Shown here: positions 40,939 to 50,408 of the stretch, piece after piece
Position numbering within the stretch: the first letter of the stretch is position 1
How the letters are laid out: each line of letters opens with the position of its first letter
Position numbers and translations under genes: made by a program
Notes under the pieces: generated by a model
The model's input: only the letters and a program-made list of their open reading frames with translations
The model's database searches: none
Told to the model about the DNA's origin: nothing
Virus record (IMG/VR): IMGVR_UViG_3300005077_000001
Location: 160,001 to 224,000 of that record
Direction: 5' to 3' (one strand)
Source: a virus
Lineage: Duplodnaviria > Caudoviricetes
Length of the DNA: 64,000 nucleotides

Positions 40939-41865
40939 ATGAATATTCTTATACACGGTGCTAATTACTATGAGTACTGTCAAGCTACTTTTGTGAATGG
41001 AGCAAAGACTTTATCCCATGATTGTTTTAATTTTAATCCGAATTATAATAACTATACAAAACCTTATCGAGGACAGGATATTTCTTTTTATATAGACTTC
41101 TATCCTGGTCATATGTCTCCACCAGATATAGATGTTCCTAAGATTTTAGTATGGACATATGATGCTGACGATGGTCCACAGCCATTTAATCCAAATAAAT
41201 TTCCACAATTTGATTTATATTTTATTAGAGAATTAAAAAGTAATTTTGGAGATAAAGTATACCCAATGAATTATGGAATTGAAGATAGGTATTATTGTAT
41301 CACCGAAAAAGAAGATAAGCCATTTTCTGAACGGTCTGTTAATTGCTCTTTTTACGGTAGTTTTGGTGGAGCAAATACGCTAATGGGTAAGAGAGAACAA
41401 AAACTAGACTTCATTGAACATAACTTAACTAAGTGGAAACCTGTTATTGGTAGGCAGTGGGCTTATAAATCAGATCCAGACCCTTATTGGTCTGAGTGGG
41501 TTAATGGGAGATTTTCTCATGATACTTCTTACTTTAAAGCTTTAGCCGATTCGAAAATTATATTGAGTCCATCTGGGGGTGGTTCTGAAGGGGGTAGGCA
41601 TTACGAAGCAATTGCTGCTCATAGTTTACCATTAATTGAAAAGAGTCATAACATAAACATATATCCTCATTGGGAAGATATGTTTCCAGAAATTGTATGG
41701 GATAAAGTAGAAGAATGTGTAAGTAAAGTAGATTATTATCTTTCTAATTTGGAAGAAGCTCAGGTTTTAGCAGATAAGATATTTGAGTTTGGAAAAAAGA
41801 ATTTAAGAAGTATTAATCGGGCGCAGTATATTTTAGATAGGATGAAGGAGCATAGCTTATTATAA
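40939..41865 (+). CDS. Glycosyltransferase-like protein (CgeB/exostosin-type C-terminal motif)
   Basis: Start moved to the ATG at 40939 after AGGAG. YFKALADSKIILSPSGGG...GRHYEAIA. Confidence 0.65.
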   Translation: MNILIHGANYYEYCQATFVNGAKTLSHDCFNFNPNYNNYTKPYRGQDISFYIDFYPGHMSPPDIDVPKILVWTYDADDGPQPFNPNKFPQFDLYFIRELKSNFGDKVYPMNYGIEDRYYCITEKEDKPFSERSVNCSFYGSFGGANTLMGKREQKLDFIEHNLTKWKPVIGRQWAYKSDPDPYWSEWVNGRFSHDTSYFKALADSKIILSPSGGGSEGGRHYEAIAAHSLPLIEKSHNINIYPHWEDMFPEIVWDKVEECVSKVDYYLSNLEEAQVLADKIFEFGKKNLRSINRAQYILDRMKEHSLL

Positions 41866-42875
41866 TGGCAAAAAATCCTAATTGGACGGAAAAAGAATTA
41901 GATATCCTTATTAAGAATTATAATCATTTAAGGATGAAAGACTTATGCAAACTATTTTTTAATAGGACTCCAGAATCTATAAAGATAAAAGCAAATAGAA
42001 TAGGTTTATCCAGAGATTTTTATAATTATTGGTCCGAGGAAGAAGATAGTCTTTTATTAGAATTTTATAATAAAGCCAGTATAGAGGAAATTAGTAATAA
42101 GCTACATAGAAGTAAACAATCTATAAAATCTAGGGCAACCTTTTTAAAAATTACTAATCCAAAAACAAAAGAAGATGTCTTAGATTTTACTATTATAGAT
42201 ACAGAAGAAAAAGCCTATTGTTTAGGATTTATAGCAGCAGATGGCTGTTTAAGCAGATATAAAGAAGAAAACAATTATAATTTACGAATAAAATTATCTA
42301 TTAAAGATGAATCTCATCTTATAAACTTATGTAATATTATAAGTCCTAAATCTAAAATACGATATTTGGAACAGAAAGGATTAAAATACATAGAATTTTA
42401 TATTACCCATCCTAACTTAAAATTTTTATGTTTGCACAATATATATCCTAGAAAAACATGGAATCCTAAACCCCCTTCTGCTTTAAAATATCATTTAATT
42501 CCTCATTATATTAGAGGTTATTTTGACGGTGATGGGCATATTGGAGTCATAAATAACAATTACAAAAAACTAAACTGTACTATAATAACTAAGCATAATC
42601 CTGGAATTAATATAAATCCTATTTTAATGTTTATTAAGGATGTTTTTATAGAATTATTTTATAATTGCAGTGTGAGTCTTACAACAAATAATAAGGTAGA
42701 TAGATTAGTTATTTCTGGAAGAAATGCTTTCTATTTTGTTAATTGGATTTATAAAAATTCTAACTTATATCTATTTAGAAAGTATGATATAGCAAAAAAT
42801 TATTTTATGGAAGTATCAGACATTGAAAATTATTTTAATAATAGGAGGAGATATGATAATAAAACAAATTGTTGA
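41865..42875 (+). mobile_element. Free-standing LAGLIDADG endonuclease with two N-terminal Myb-like repeats
   Basis: CLGFIAADGC, YIRGYFDGDGH; repeats NWTEKELDIL and YWSEEEDSLL. Confidence 0.85.
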
Positions 42876-43542
42876 AAATAATATAGGTATAACTGATGTG
42901 GTAAATGATGGATCTTTAACCTATAAAGGATATGTTCACCACAGTGGTTTTGATTTTGTTCCTGAATTATTAGGTAATTTTTGTAAGTTTATTAATGAGT
43001 TTTGTAATAGATTTGGTATTACAGATAATTCAAAAATAATAGAATTCGGATGTGGTTCTGGAGTTTTAGTAAATTGTTTTCCTAATGACTGCCTTTATGT
43101 TGGATTGGATGGTAATTTAGAGGGAGGAAAATTTATTAAGGAAAAAAATAATAAAAATAAAAATTTTATTTCTGTAGATTTAACTAAGGATTTTTGTTTA
43201 GAACCTTATTTGAAATATGATGCTTTGTTTTCTTTTGATTTTATGGAACACTTGGATTTAGAAAACATCTCTATTGTATTAAATCATATGGATAACTTAT
43301 TGAATAAAAATGGAATTATGTTATCATTAATAGATACTATTGAATTAGAAGCCCATCGAAGTAATCATCCTTTACCTTGGTGGATTGATAAAATAAATTC
43401 ACTAACTAATTGGCAATTAGTAGATGCTTGTTGGAGACATCAAAATAGAGAAAGCTATTGGTGGCAACTTTTTGAAAAAACAATTCCTCCTTTTTGGCAA
43501 CCAAATATAAACAATCAAATGATTGTTATTTATAGGAAATAG
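42853..43542 (+). CDS. Class I SAM-dependent methyltransferase
   Basis: Start moved to the ATG at 42853 after AGGAGG. IIEFGCGSG, YVGLD, FDFMEHL, LLNKNG. Confidence 0.85.
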   Translation: MIIKQIVENNIGITDVVNDGSLTYKGYVHHSGFDFVPELLGNFCKFINEFCNRFGITDNSKIIEFGCGSGVLVNCFPNDCLYVGLDGNLEGGKFIKEKNNKNKNFISVDLTKDFCLEPYLKYDALFSFDFMEHLDLENISIVLNHMDNLLNKNGIMLSLIDTIELEAHRSNHPLPWWIDKINSLTNWQLVDACWRHQNRESYWWQLFEKTIPPFWQPNINNQMIVIYRK

Positions 43543-43551
43543 GAGATAAAG

Positions 43552-44262
43552 ATGGATTACAAAAATAAAATAAATAGTTTGTTAGGTGAAGATCTGCTTA
43601 TATTCAAAGGGGATAAGGAGTCAGAAGAATTCATAGATAAATATAATGCTATAGATACTACAGAGTTTGATAATAAGATAGCTGCATTTCATGAAGATTC
43701 TAATAATATACTCTATATGAAAGCAATTTATAAATTTGCTAAATGTGCAGAAGTAACATCGGTAGTAGAGTTGGGTACTAGAGGATGCTATTCTTCTCTT
43801 GCTTTTTTGGAAGCTATGGGAGCAGAAGGAGAATTGTATAGTTTTGACCCAGTAATAGGTGGTAACTCTTTACTAAAAGCAGATGAAGTAAATCCTAGAT
43901 GGAATAGATATGAAAAATTTGATTATGATGGTTATGCAGAATTATCTGATAGCATAAAAAATTTTGATATGCTTTATATTGATACTGACCCCCATTCCTA
44001 TGATCAGCTATTTCAGCAACTTAGAAATTGGTGGATTAATAATTTAAAGTCTGGTGGCTATCTGCTGTTGGATGACCATTCCCCATTGCACCAAGTAGAG
44101 ACTTTTGGTAATAGACCTGCTGGATTATTTAATGTTAATGCTCAGTTTGGAACATTACGTGCAACCCTAGAGTTTATTGAAGAGAGATATGATGATATAC
44201 ATTGGGCTTTTAGTGTTGAAAATAATTATTCTAATGGGATTGCTATAATAAAGTTTAAATAA
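43552..44262 (+). CDS. Class I SAM-dependent methyltransferase (Methyltransf_24-like)
   Basis: VVELGTRGCYS, LYSFDP, DMLYIDTDPHSY, LKSGGYLLLDDH. Confidence 0.8.
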   Translation: MDYKNKINSLLGEDLLIFKGDKESEEFIDKYNAIDTTEFDNKIAAFHEDSNNILYMKAIYKFAKCAEVTSVVELGTRGCYSSLAFLEAMGAEGELYSFDPVIGGNSLLKADEVNPRWNRYEKFDYDGYAELSDSIKNFDMLYIDTDPHSYDQLFQQLRNWWINNLKSGGYLLLDDHSPLHQVETFGNRPAGLFNVNAQFGTLRATLEFIEERYDDIHWAFSVENNYSNGIAIIKFK

Positions 44263-45132
44263 ATGTCTTTCTTAATGAATAATGTTAAATGTGAATACGT
44301 ACACTACAATCCAAATCCTAATGCCAAATACGGGATTGCGTTATCTTTCGGTAAGCGTAACTGGGTAGATACTATCTTTCAAGGACAATTAGTTAATAAC
44401 ACTTTCTATAATAAAGAGTTAATTGAATTATCTTGTTGTAGTTATATTAAATTTCCAGATGAATGGATGGAAGAAGCTAAAAAATTATTTAATTATATAA
44501 TATACGTAGATACTGATTTAGGTAAAGAAAATGGTACAACTTTACAATCAAATTCAGCTATTTATCCATTAATGCAAAATGAAAATATAAAAGCTGTTTG
44601 GCACGGAGATGGTGATACAGTAATTATAAGAGATGTATATTTGTATGCTTTTTCAAATATGCTTTTAGATACTAATAAAGTAATTTTAACGACTAATGTT
44701 TCTTACCAATACAACCATCAACAAGGAACTAGATACGAATTTGCTTTATTGGGAAGTAATACCCACGTTGTAAGACAATTTGGTGGGATGTTTGTACTAA
44801 ATAGAAAACGTGCTTTAGAAACTGGATATTTTCCAAGACCTTGTATGGGTCATTTTGAATTTGATGGGTATACCCATTTTATTAATTGCGGACTAACCTT
44901 GGAAAAAGATGCTATAATTGTACCTCGTTTGCCATTTGACCAACGAGGAGAAGAGTGGTTATTGTATAGTATTGATTTTCATTCTGGTGTACTACATTGT
45001 AGTAATGCTTATAATCCTAATGTTGAAACTACAAAAGAAGATAGGAAACTTAGACTTTTGAGAGCGACGGGGTTTAATAAATGGGAGAATATAGCAACAG
45101 GAATTTTAATGGGGGTGGATTATGGACTTTAA
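44263..45132 (+). CDS. Uncharacterised protein, probable GT-A-like glycosyltransferase (paralog A)
   Basis: VWHGDGD (DxD) motif; colinear similarity to 45122-46048; glycan gene context. Confidence 0.45.
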   Translation: MSFLMNNVKCEYVHYNPNPNAKYGIALSFGKRNWVDTIFQGQLVNNTFYNKELIELSCCSYIKFPDEWMEEAKKLFNYIIYVDTDLGKENGTTLQSNSAIYPLMQNENIKAVWHGDGDTVIIRDVYLYAFSNMLLDTNKVILTTNVSYQYNHQQGTRYEFALLGSNTHVVRQFGGMFVLNRKRALETGYFPRPCMGHFEFDGYTHFINCGLTLEKDAIIVPRLPFDQRGEEWLLYSIDFHSGVLHCSNAYNPNVETTKEDRKLRLLRATGFNKWENIATGILMGVDYGL

Positions 45133-46048
45133 TCTATTAGATGTTTCCTATTCGTATTTACATTTTAATCCAAATTCTAAGGCCAAGTACGGATTAGGAA
45201 TTGGTATACATACTACAAACTTTTTAGATGGTGTATTTTTTCTTAACTATATAAATAAATATTGGTATAATCGTGAATTCATAGATATTGGAATTTGTAC
45301 TTCTTTACCGATTCCTGAAAATTATTTAGAAGATATGAAATTGAATGCGAATTACATTGTAAAGTGTGAGCAAGATAGAGGGAAAGAATTAGGTACCATG
45401 GATAATTTAAATGGAGCCTTCTTTCCTTCCTACCAAAATGAATCTGTGAAAACAATTACTCATGTTGATGGAGATGAAATTATTCTAAATGCACAGTACT
45501 TTTTTGGTAATGCAATTATGCTTTTAGATTCTAATAAAGCAATTCTTAACACTCAGGAAACGTTTTATTATGACCAAGAAACAATGACCGAACGGCCGGC
45601 TGAGTATAATGAAGCGTGGAAAACTAAATTTAATCATTTGTTAATTATTAATAAGGAACGTGTACCATTTGAAACTTACTATCCTATAAAGTGTTATGGG
45701 GATTTTCATAGTGATTTATATCGTCATTTTATTGATTCAGGATATACTATGGATGATGTGCTGCTACTAAAACGAAAAGTCTTCAATTGTGATATGCCTA
45801 CTAATTTTCTACACGGGTTTAATTTCCAATTGGGGATGGTGCATGCCACTAATCAAATACAGTATCCTGAAACTGAGGATAGAAAGATACGTATACTTAG
45901 ACTACACTCTGACTCTATTTGGGAAGATAACTCAGTTGGGGCACATCGTTGGTGGGATGAAGAAAAAGGATTAAAACCACCTTATAAAGGATATAATCCA
46001 AAATTATATAGCGTAAAACCAAAAAAGGATACATATGATAACAGATAG
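45122..46048 (+). CDS. Uncharacterised protein, probable GT-A-like glycosyltransferase (paralog B)
   Basis: ITHVDGD (DxD) motif; paralog of 44263-45132. Confidence 0.45.
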   Translation: MDFNLLDVSYSYLHFNPNSKAKYGLGIGIHTTNFLDGVFFLNYINKYWYNREFIDIGICTSLPIPENYLEDMKLNANYIVKCEQDRGKELGTMDNLNGAFFPSYQNESVKTITHVDGDEIILNAQYFFGNAIMLLDSNKAILNTQETFYYDQETMTERPAEYNEAWKTKFNHLLIINKERVPFETYYPIKCYGDFHSDLYRHFIDSGYTMDDVLLLKRKVFNCDMPTNFLHGFNFQLGMVHATNQIQYPETEDRKIRILRLHSDSIWEDNSVGAHRWWDEEKGLKPPYKGYNPKLYSVKPKKDTYDNR

Positions 46049-46069
46049 CATAGGAGAAAAGGTTAAACC

Positions 46070-46786
46070 ATGGTAAATATTATTATTTCTATTCCAAAAA
46101 GTGGAACCCATTTTTTAAATGAAGTTTTAATCCACGCATTGGATAATAATTGCGATTATTCTTTTAGTAAGCAAACATTTGGTGGGAATCTACAAGAGGT
46201 TAGAGATGGATTAAATAAAGTTTTAGATAATAATAAGAAATCTAATCTCAATTACTTAGCTCATTGGGCTTATTCTGAAGAATTGGCAGATTGGCTAATT
46301 GATACAGATTACAATGTGTTTTTTATTTATAGGCACCCTTTAGATGTTGCAGTTTCTTTTATAGAAGGTGCTCTATTGAAGCTCTTTGATGACCCTATTG
46401 CAAATAAGATAAGAAGAATAAACAATAAGGATTTAAATTATATCTGGTTATTGGAAGGCTATCGTAATATAAAACACCCAAATGCTGTTGGATTGAGGAA
46501 AATAATAGAAGAGAGATTAAAGTGGGCCGAGATATTTTTTAATGTTAAGTATAGGCATTTGTATGATATAAATCATTGTAATAAACTACAATTATGTATG
46601 TCTAATTTAATTGGATGTGATACTAGCCACCTTTGTAATGCTGTAAATGAGGCTAAAAATACTATTACCAAAACTTTTAGAAATCCTGGTGTTGATAATT
46701 GGAAAAATGAAATGCCTGAACATATACAAAATAAGTATATATCTTCTTTAAATGACTTAATTGTGGATATGGGATTCCAATGTTAA
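46070..46786 (+). CDS. PAPS-dependent sulfotransferase
   Basis: 5'-PSB SIPKSGTHF, 3'-PB IYRHPLDVAVS, C-terminal FRNPGVDNWK. Confidence 0.85.
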   Translation: MVNIIISIPKSGTHFLNEVLIHALDNNCDYSFSKQTFGGNLQEVRDGLNKVLDNNKKSNLNYLAHWAYSEELADWLIDTDYNVFFIYRHPLDVAVSFIEGALLKLFDDPIANKIRRINNKDLNYIWLLEGYRNIKHPNAVGLRKIIEERLKWAEIFFNVKYRHLYDINHCNKLQLCMSNLIGCDTSHLCNAVNEAKNTITKTFRNPGVDNWKNEMPEHIQNKYISSLNDLIVDMGFQC

Positions 46787-47289
46787 AACAGGTAATATGG
46801 CTATTTGGAAAATCTGGAACTGGAAAAACTACATTAGCTACTGCTTTATCAAATAAGATAAACGTTCCTTTACTAGATGCAGATAAGATTAGATTAGTGT
46901 TGGGAATTGAACCAGATTTTTCTCTTCAAGGTAGATTAAAATTTCAAAAAGAATTTAGAAAGTATATAAAAAACTATGATGCTCAGACTGTTGTGGTAGC
47001 ATCAATAACACCACTACAAGAAATGAGAAATAAAAACAGAAAAGAATTTAAAAATTATTATGAAATATATCTTCATTGTAGTATGGATAAACTAATAGCA
47101 CGAGATCCAAAAAGATTATATGCAAAGGCGCTCAGAGGAGATATTACTAATTTTACAGGGTTATCTTCAGTGTTTGAAAAACCTTATAGTAATTATCCAG
47201 ATTTATACATAGATACGGGGAACATGAGTATTGATTCATCTTTGAAAATTGTATATGATTCCTTAATAAAAAAATACGGAAAGGATTAA
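46780..47289 (+). CDS. cysC: Adenylyl-sulfate (APS) kinase
   Basis: WLFGKSGTGKTT, LDADKIR, ASITP, RDPKRLYAKALRGDITNFTGLSSVFEKP. Confidence 0.92.
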   Translation: MLKQVIWLFGKSGTGKTTLATALSNKINVPLLDADKIRLVLGIEPDFSLQGRLKFQKEFRKYIKNYDAQTVVVASITPLQEMRNKNRKEFKNYYEIYLHCSMDKLIARDPKRLYAKALRGDITNFTGLSSVFEKPYSNYPDLYIDTGNMSIDSSLKIVYDSLIKKYGKD

Positions 47290-47291
47290 CT

Positions 47292-48275
47292 ATGAAAATA
47301 CTTGTTACAGGAGGCTCCGGTTACATAGGCTCAGTGCTGATTAAATATTTATTTAATTATGGCAAAGAACTAGGTGATTTAAAACCAATTGAAAAAGTTA
47401 CAGTTGTTGATTCCTTATTATTCAATCAAAATACTCTAGGACAATATGCAGATAATCCAAAGTTTGAATTTATTTGTGGGGATGTTTCTGATACTAGTCT
47501 GATGTGGCCTCTGTACGAAGAAGCAGATGTAATAATTCCTCTTGCGGGACTAGTTGGATTTCCTATTTGTGCTAAGCATCCTGACTTAGCTTGGAAATTA
47601 AATTGTGATGTAATAGCGGATATGGTTGAGTTCCTATTTGTCCATGATTGGTTAAAGAATAAGAAGATAATCTATCCCTGCACTAATAGCGGTTATGGAA
47701 GTTATCCTGATGGAAGAATGGTTACTGAAGAAGATAAATTGAATCCTATTTCTGTGTACGGTCAAAGTAAGGTAGAAGCAGAGAGTATTTTGTTAGCAGC
47801 AGGAGCAGTTTCTCTTCGTCTTGCGACAGTTATGGGGTACAGTCCTTTTATGAGAGTAGGGCTTTTAGTTAATACCTTTTGTTGGAACGCGTCTAAACAA
47901 AGGAATATAGTACTGTATGAAAAAACCGCTAGACGTAATTATATACACGTGGAAGATGTATGCCAAGCATTCATATTAGCTTTACATAATTATGATTGGG
48001 TAAAAGGAGAAGCATTTAATGTAGGCTTATCCACTGCTAATTTAAATAAAGAAGAATTAGCTAAGAAAATAGCAGAGCATACGGAATTACATATTGTTGA
48101 AGCTCCTTTTATGACTGACCCAGACCAACGTGACTACTTGGTATCTAATGAAAAAATAGAAACAAGGTTGGGATTTAAACCAAAATGGGATTTAGATAGA
48201 ACTATAAATCAATTACTAAAATTTTATAAAGGGGTATCTGAGCATTCATCTAATGTTTATTTTGGAACAACTTAA
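47292..48275 (+). CDS. NAD-dependent epimerase/dehydratase (extended SDR)
   Basis: TGGSGYIGS, IIPLAGLVG, YGQSK. Confidence 0.9.
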   Translation: MKILVTGGSGYIGSVLIKYLFNYGKELGDLKPIEKVTVVDSLLFNQNTLGQYADNPKFEFICGDVSDTSLMWPLYEEADVIIPLAGLVGFPICAKHPDLAWKLNCDVIADMVEFLFVHDWLKNKKIIYPCTNSGYGSYPDGRMVTEEDKLNPISVYGQSKVEAESILLAAGAVSLRLATVMGYSPFMRVGLLVNTFCWNASKQRNIVLYEKTARRNYIHVEDVCQAFILALHNYDWVKGEAFNVGLSTANLNKEELAKKIAEHTELHIVEAPFMTDPDQRDYLVSNEKIETRLGFKPKWDLDRTINQLLKFYKGVSEHSSNVYFGTT

Positions 48276-48367
48276 GTGTTAAAACAAATATACAAAAATC
48301 TATTTTACTATTTATTCATTATTGGATTAGCAGAAGACTACACAGAATTTGAAAAGGAGAATAAAAA

Positions 48368-48598
48368 ATGGGATTTGTATCAAGAGAAATTGAAAAGATT
48401 AGAAAAGAAATAGTCAAGGAATTGGAAAAAAACGATACAGAAGGAAGAACAACAAGCAGTCTATATGAAAAATTAGCAATTGCTAACCAAGCTTTGGGTT
48501 GGGCATTAGAACCTAACGGGGTAATGTCACCTTATACTTATATTATGAATGTTAATTCTCATGGAGAAGATTATAAAGAACCAGAAAAAGAAGAATAG
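48368..48598 (+). CDS. Hypothetical protein
   Basis: AAGGAG SD. Confidence 0.6.
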   Translation: MGFVSREIEKIRKEIVKELEKNDTEGRTTSSLYEKLAIANQALGWALEPNGVMSPYTYIMNVNSHGEDYKEPEKEE

Positions 48599-48604
48599 GA
48601 AAAA

Positions 48605-48799
48605 ATGAAATTAAGTAAATTTAAACAATTACGTAGAGATACCCATTGGTCTGAAGATGCTGTGTATTGTTGCAGTGACGAATTATGTGGTTGGGTTGGA
48701 ACAGGCCCTGATTTAGTAAGCGATTCTGGCTTTGATTCTTGGTGGATGCAGCCTACTTGCCCTTTGTGTGGTGAAGATGCTTATGAGGAAGGTATATGA
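48605..48799 (+). CDS. Small Zn-ribbon protein
   Basis: CCSDELCGW...CPLCG. Confidence 0.6.
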   Translation: MKLSKFKQLRRDTHWSEDAVYCCSDELCGWVGTGPDLVSDSGFDSWWMQPTCPLCGEDAYEEGI

Positions 48800-49200
48800 C
48801 TAAAACCTGTCCTTTAAATAATAATAAATGTGTAGAATCTTGTATGTGGTTTGACACAGGTTTTATGAATTGTAAAATTATTTATTATATGGGGGAATTA
48901 TCTAAAGATATTGCAGACATTAACAGTTTATTATTTGAGATAAATAAGAAAACAGAAGAAAATAATAAAAAGCTTGTTGCTGTTGCATCTACAATAAAAC
49001 CAGGCCGCCCACCAAAATCAAGTAATAAGAAGACCAAGGGTAAATATGTTTCTAATTGGAATGAAGAGCAGGCACAGTTACTAAAAGATAATTGGAACAA
49101 AGTATCTAAAGAAGAATTAGAACAAATAGTTGGAAAGAAATGGAGACAGATATTAGGAAAAGTTGCTAGATTGAATCTAGGAAAATGGAAAGGAGAGTAG
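48796..49200 (+). CDS. Putative DNA-binding protein (Cys-rich N-terminus, AT-hook-like GRPPK, C-terminal Myb-like repeat)
   Basis: CPLNNNKCVESC; KPGRPPKS; WNEEQAQLLKDNW...ILGKVARLNL. Confidence 0.55.
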   Translation: MTKTCPLNNNKCVESCMWFDTGFMNCKIIYYMGELSKDIADINSLLFEINKKTEENNKKLVAVASTIKPGRPPKSSNKKTKGKYVSNWNEEQAQLLKDNWNKVSKEELEQIVGKKWRQILGKVARLNLGKWKGE

Positions 49201-49213
49201 ATGGAAGATACAT

Positions 49214-50008
49214 ATGGTAGAAGTAATTATGAATAGAAAAATAATCTCTGCTTCTCGTAGAACAGATTTACCAGCATTTCATTCGGAATGGTTTTTAGAT
49301 GGAGTAAATAAAGGGTATGTGGATGTAGTAAACCCTTACTCAAAAGAAAACCAGATAATATCTTTATTACCAGAAAATGTTAATTTTATTGCGTTTTAGA
49401 CTAAAAACTTTATTCCTCTTATGAAAGATTCTTTATTATTACAAAAACAATATAACTTTTATATTAATTATACTATTAATAACTACGAAAAAGATATAGA
49501 ACCAAATGTACCTAATTTAGATTTAACAATAGGCGCTGTTCGCATCTTAAATGAAAATAAAATACCAATTAGATGGCGATATGATACTATACTTTTGACA
49601 GATTATTATACCAAAGATTGGCATTTAAGTAATTTTAAACAATTATGTAAAAGTTTGGAATGTTCAGTATCATCCTGTACTTTTAGTTTTTGTAATTGGT
49701 ATCCTAAAGTAGAAAAACATTTACAAAAAATTGGAATTGATTATTATAAACCAACTGATGAAGAAAAAAAAGAAATGGCTTCAAAGATGTTAGAGATTGC
49801 TTGTGCTTATGATATTTCGTTATTATCTTGTTCAGATTCTTCGGTTTTAATTCCTGGTATTGGGCAGGCTCATTGCATTGATCCTAGTTTTTCACAAATT
49901 AATGTTGGGAAAGGAAATAATCGTAAAGAATGTGGTTGTGCTAAAGCAGTCGATATTGGAACATATGGAACTTGTAATCATGAATGCATTTATTGCTATG
50001 CAACTTAA
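49214..50008 (+). pseudogene. DUF1848-family gene interrupted by an in-frame TAG (49397-49399)
   Basis: IISASRRTDLPAF...IAF*TKNFIPL...CGCAKAVDIGTYGTCNHECIYCYA. The two ORF-track pieces are in the same frame and the stop falls where the family has FWTKN. Confidence 0.8.
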
Positions 50009-50023
50009 AAAAAGGAGACTGAA

Positions 50024-50404
50024 ATGACTGAAACATTAAGAGGGCTATCGTCGGTAAGAGTTACAAAAGAGTTTTTATTAGAGAAGTTACAAGCAAATCG
50101 TGAAGAGCATTCTGTAGTTTATGAAGAGGCAATGCTCGGATGGAATACAAAAGTACTAGAATTCCTAGAGTCATCAATTGAGAGAGTAAAATCTGATTTA
50201 AACTTTAATCCATTCATTAATATCAATCTTCCTAAACCAGACAATCACTTGCTGGATTATGATAGAGCGATTGATTTATTGAAAGCTAGCTTAGATACTG
50301 AGTTTGTTTTAACTTCTAAAGAATTCGCTCAGTACGTAAGAGACGAATGGGATTGGAAAGATTACTTTAATGCTACTATCTCTGGGTGTGGGTATATAAG
50401 GTAA
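50024..50404 (+). CDS. Hypothetical phage protein
   Basis: AAGGAG SD; ORF track. Confidence 0.65.
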   Translation: MTETLRGLSSVRVTKEFLLEKLQANREEHSVVYEEAMLGWNTKVLEFLESSIERVKSDLNFNPFININLPKPDNHLLDYDRAIDLLKASLDTEFVLTSKEFAQYVRDEWDWKDYFNATISGCGYIR

Positions 50405-50408
50405 TAAG

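Noticed and set aside
19974-45974. Nested + strand alternative-frame ORFs (19974-20180, 35864-36124 region, 36671-36853, 45789-45974)
   Set aside because: They sit entirely inside larger genes with clear motifs and have no independent support.
7407-49399. Genome-wide TAG reassignment (alternative genetic code)
   Set aside because: Many genes end in TAG immediately before the next SD/start, and long ORFs are intact under the standard code; only one in-frame TAG was found.
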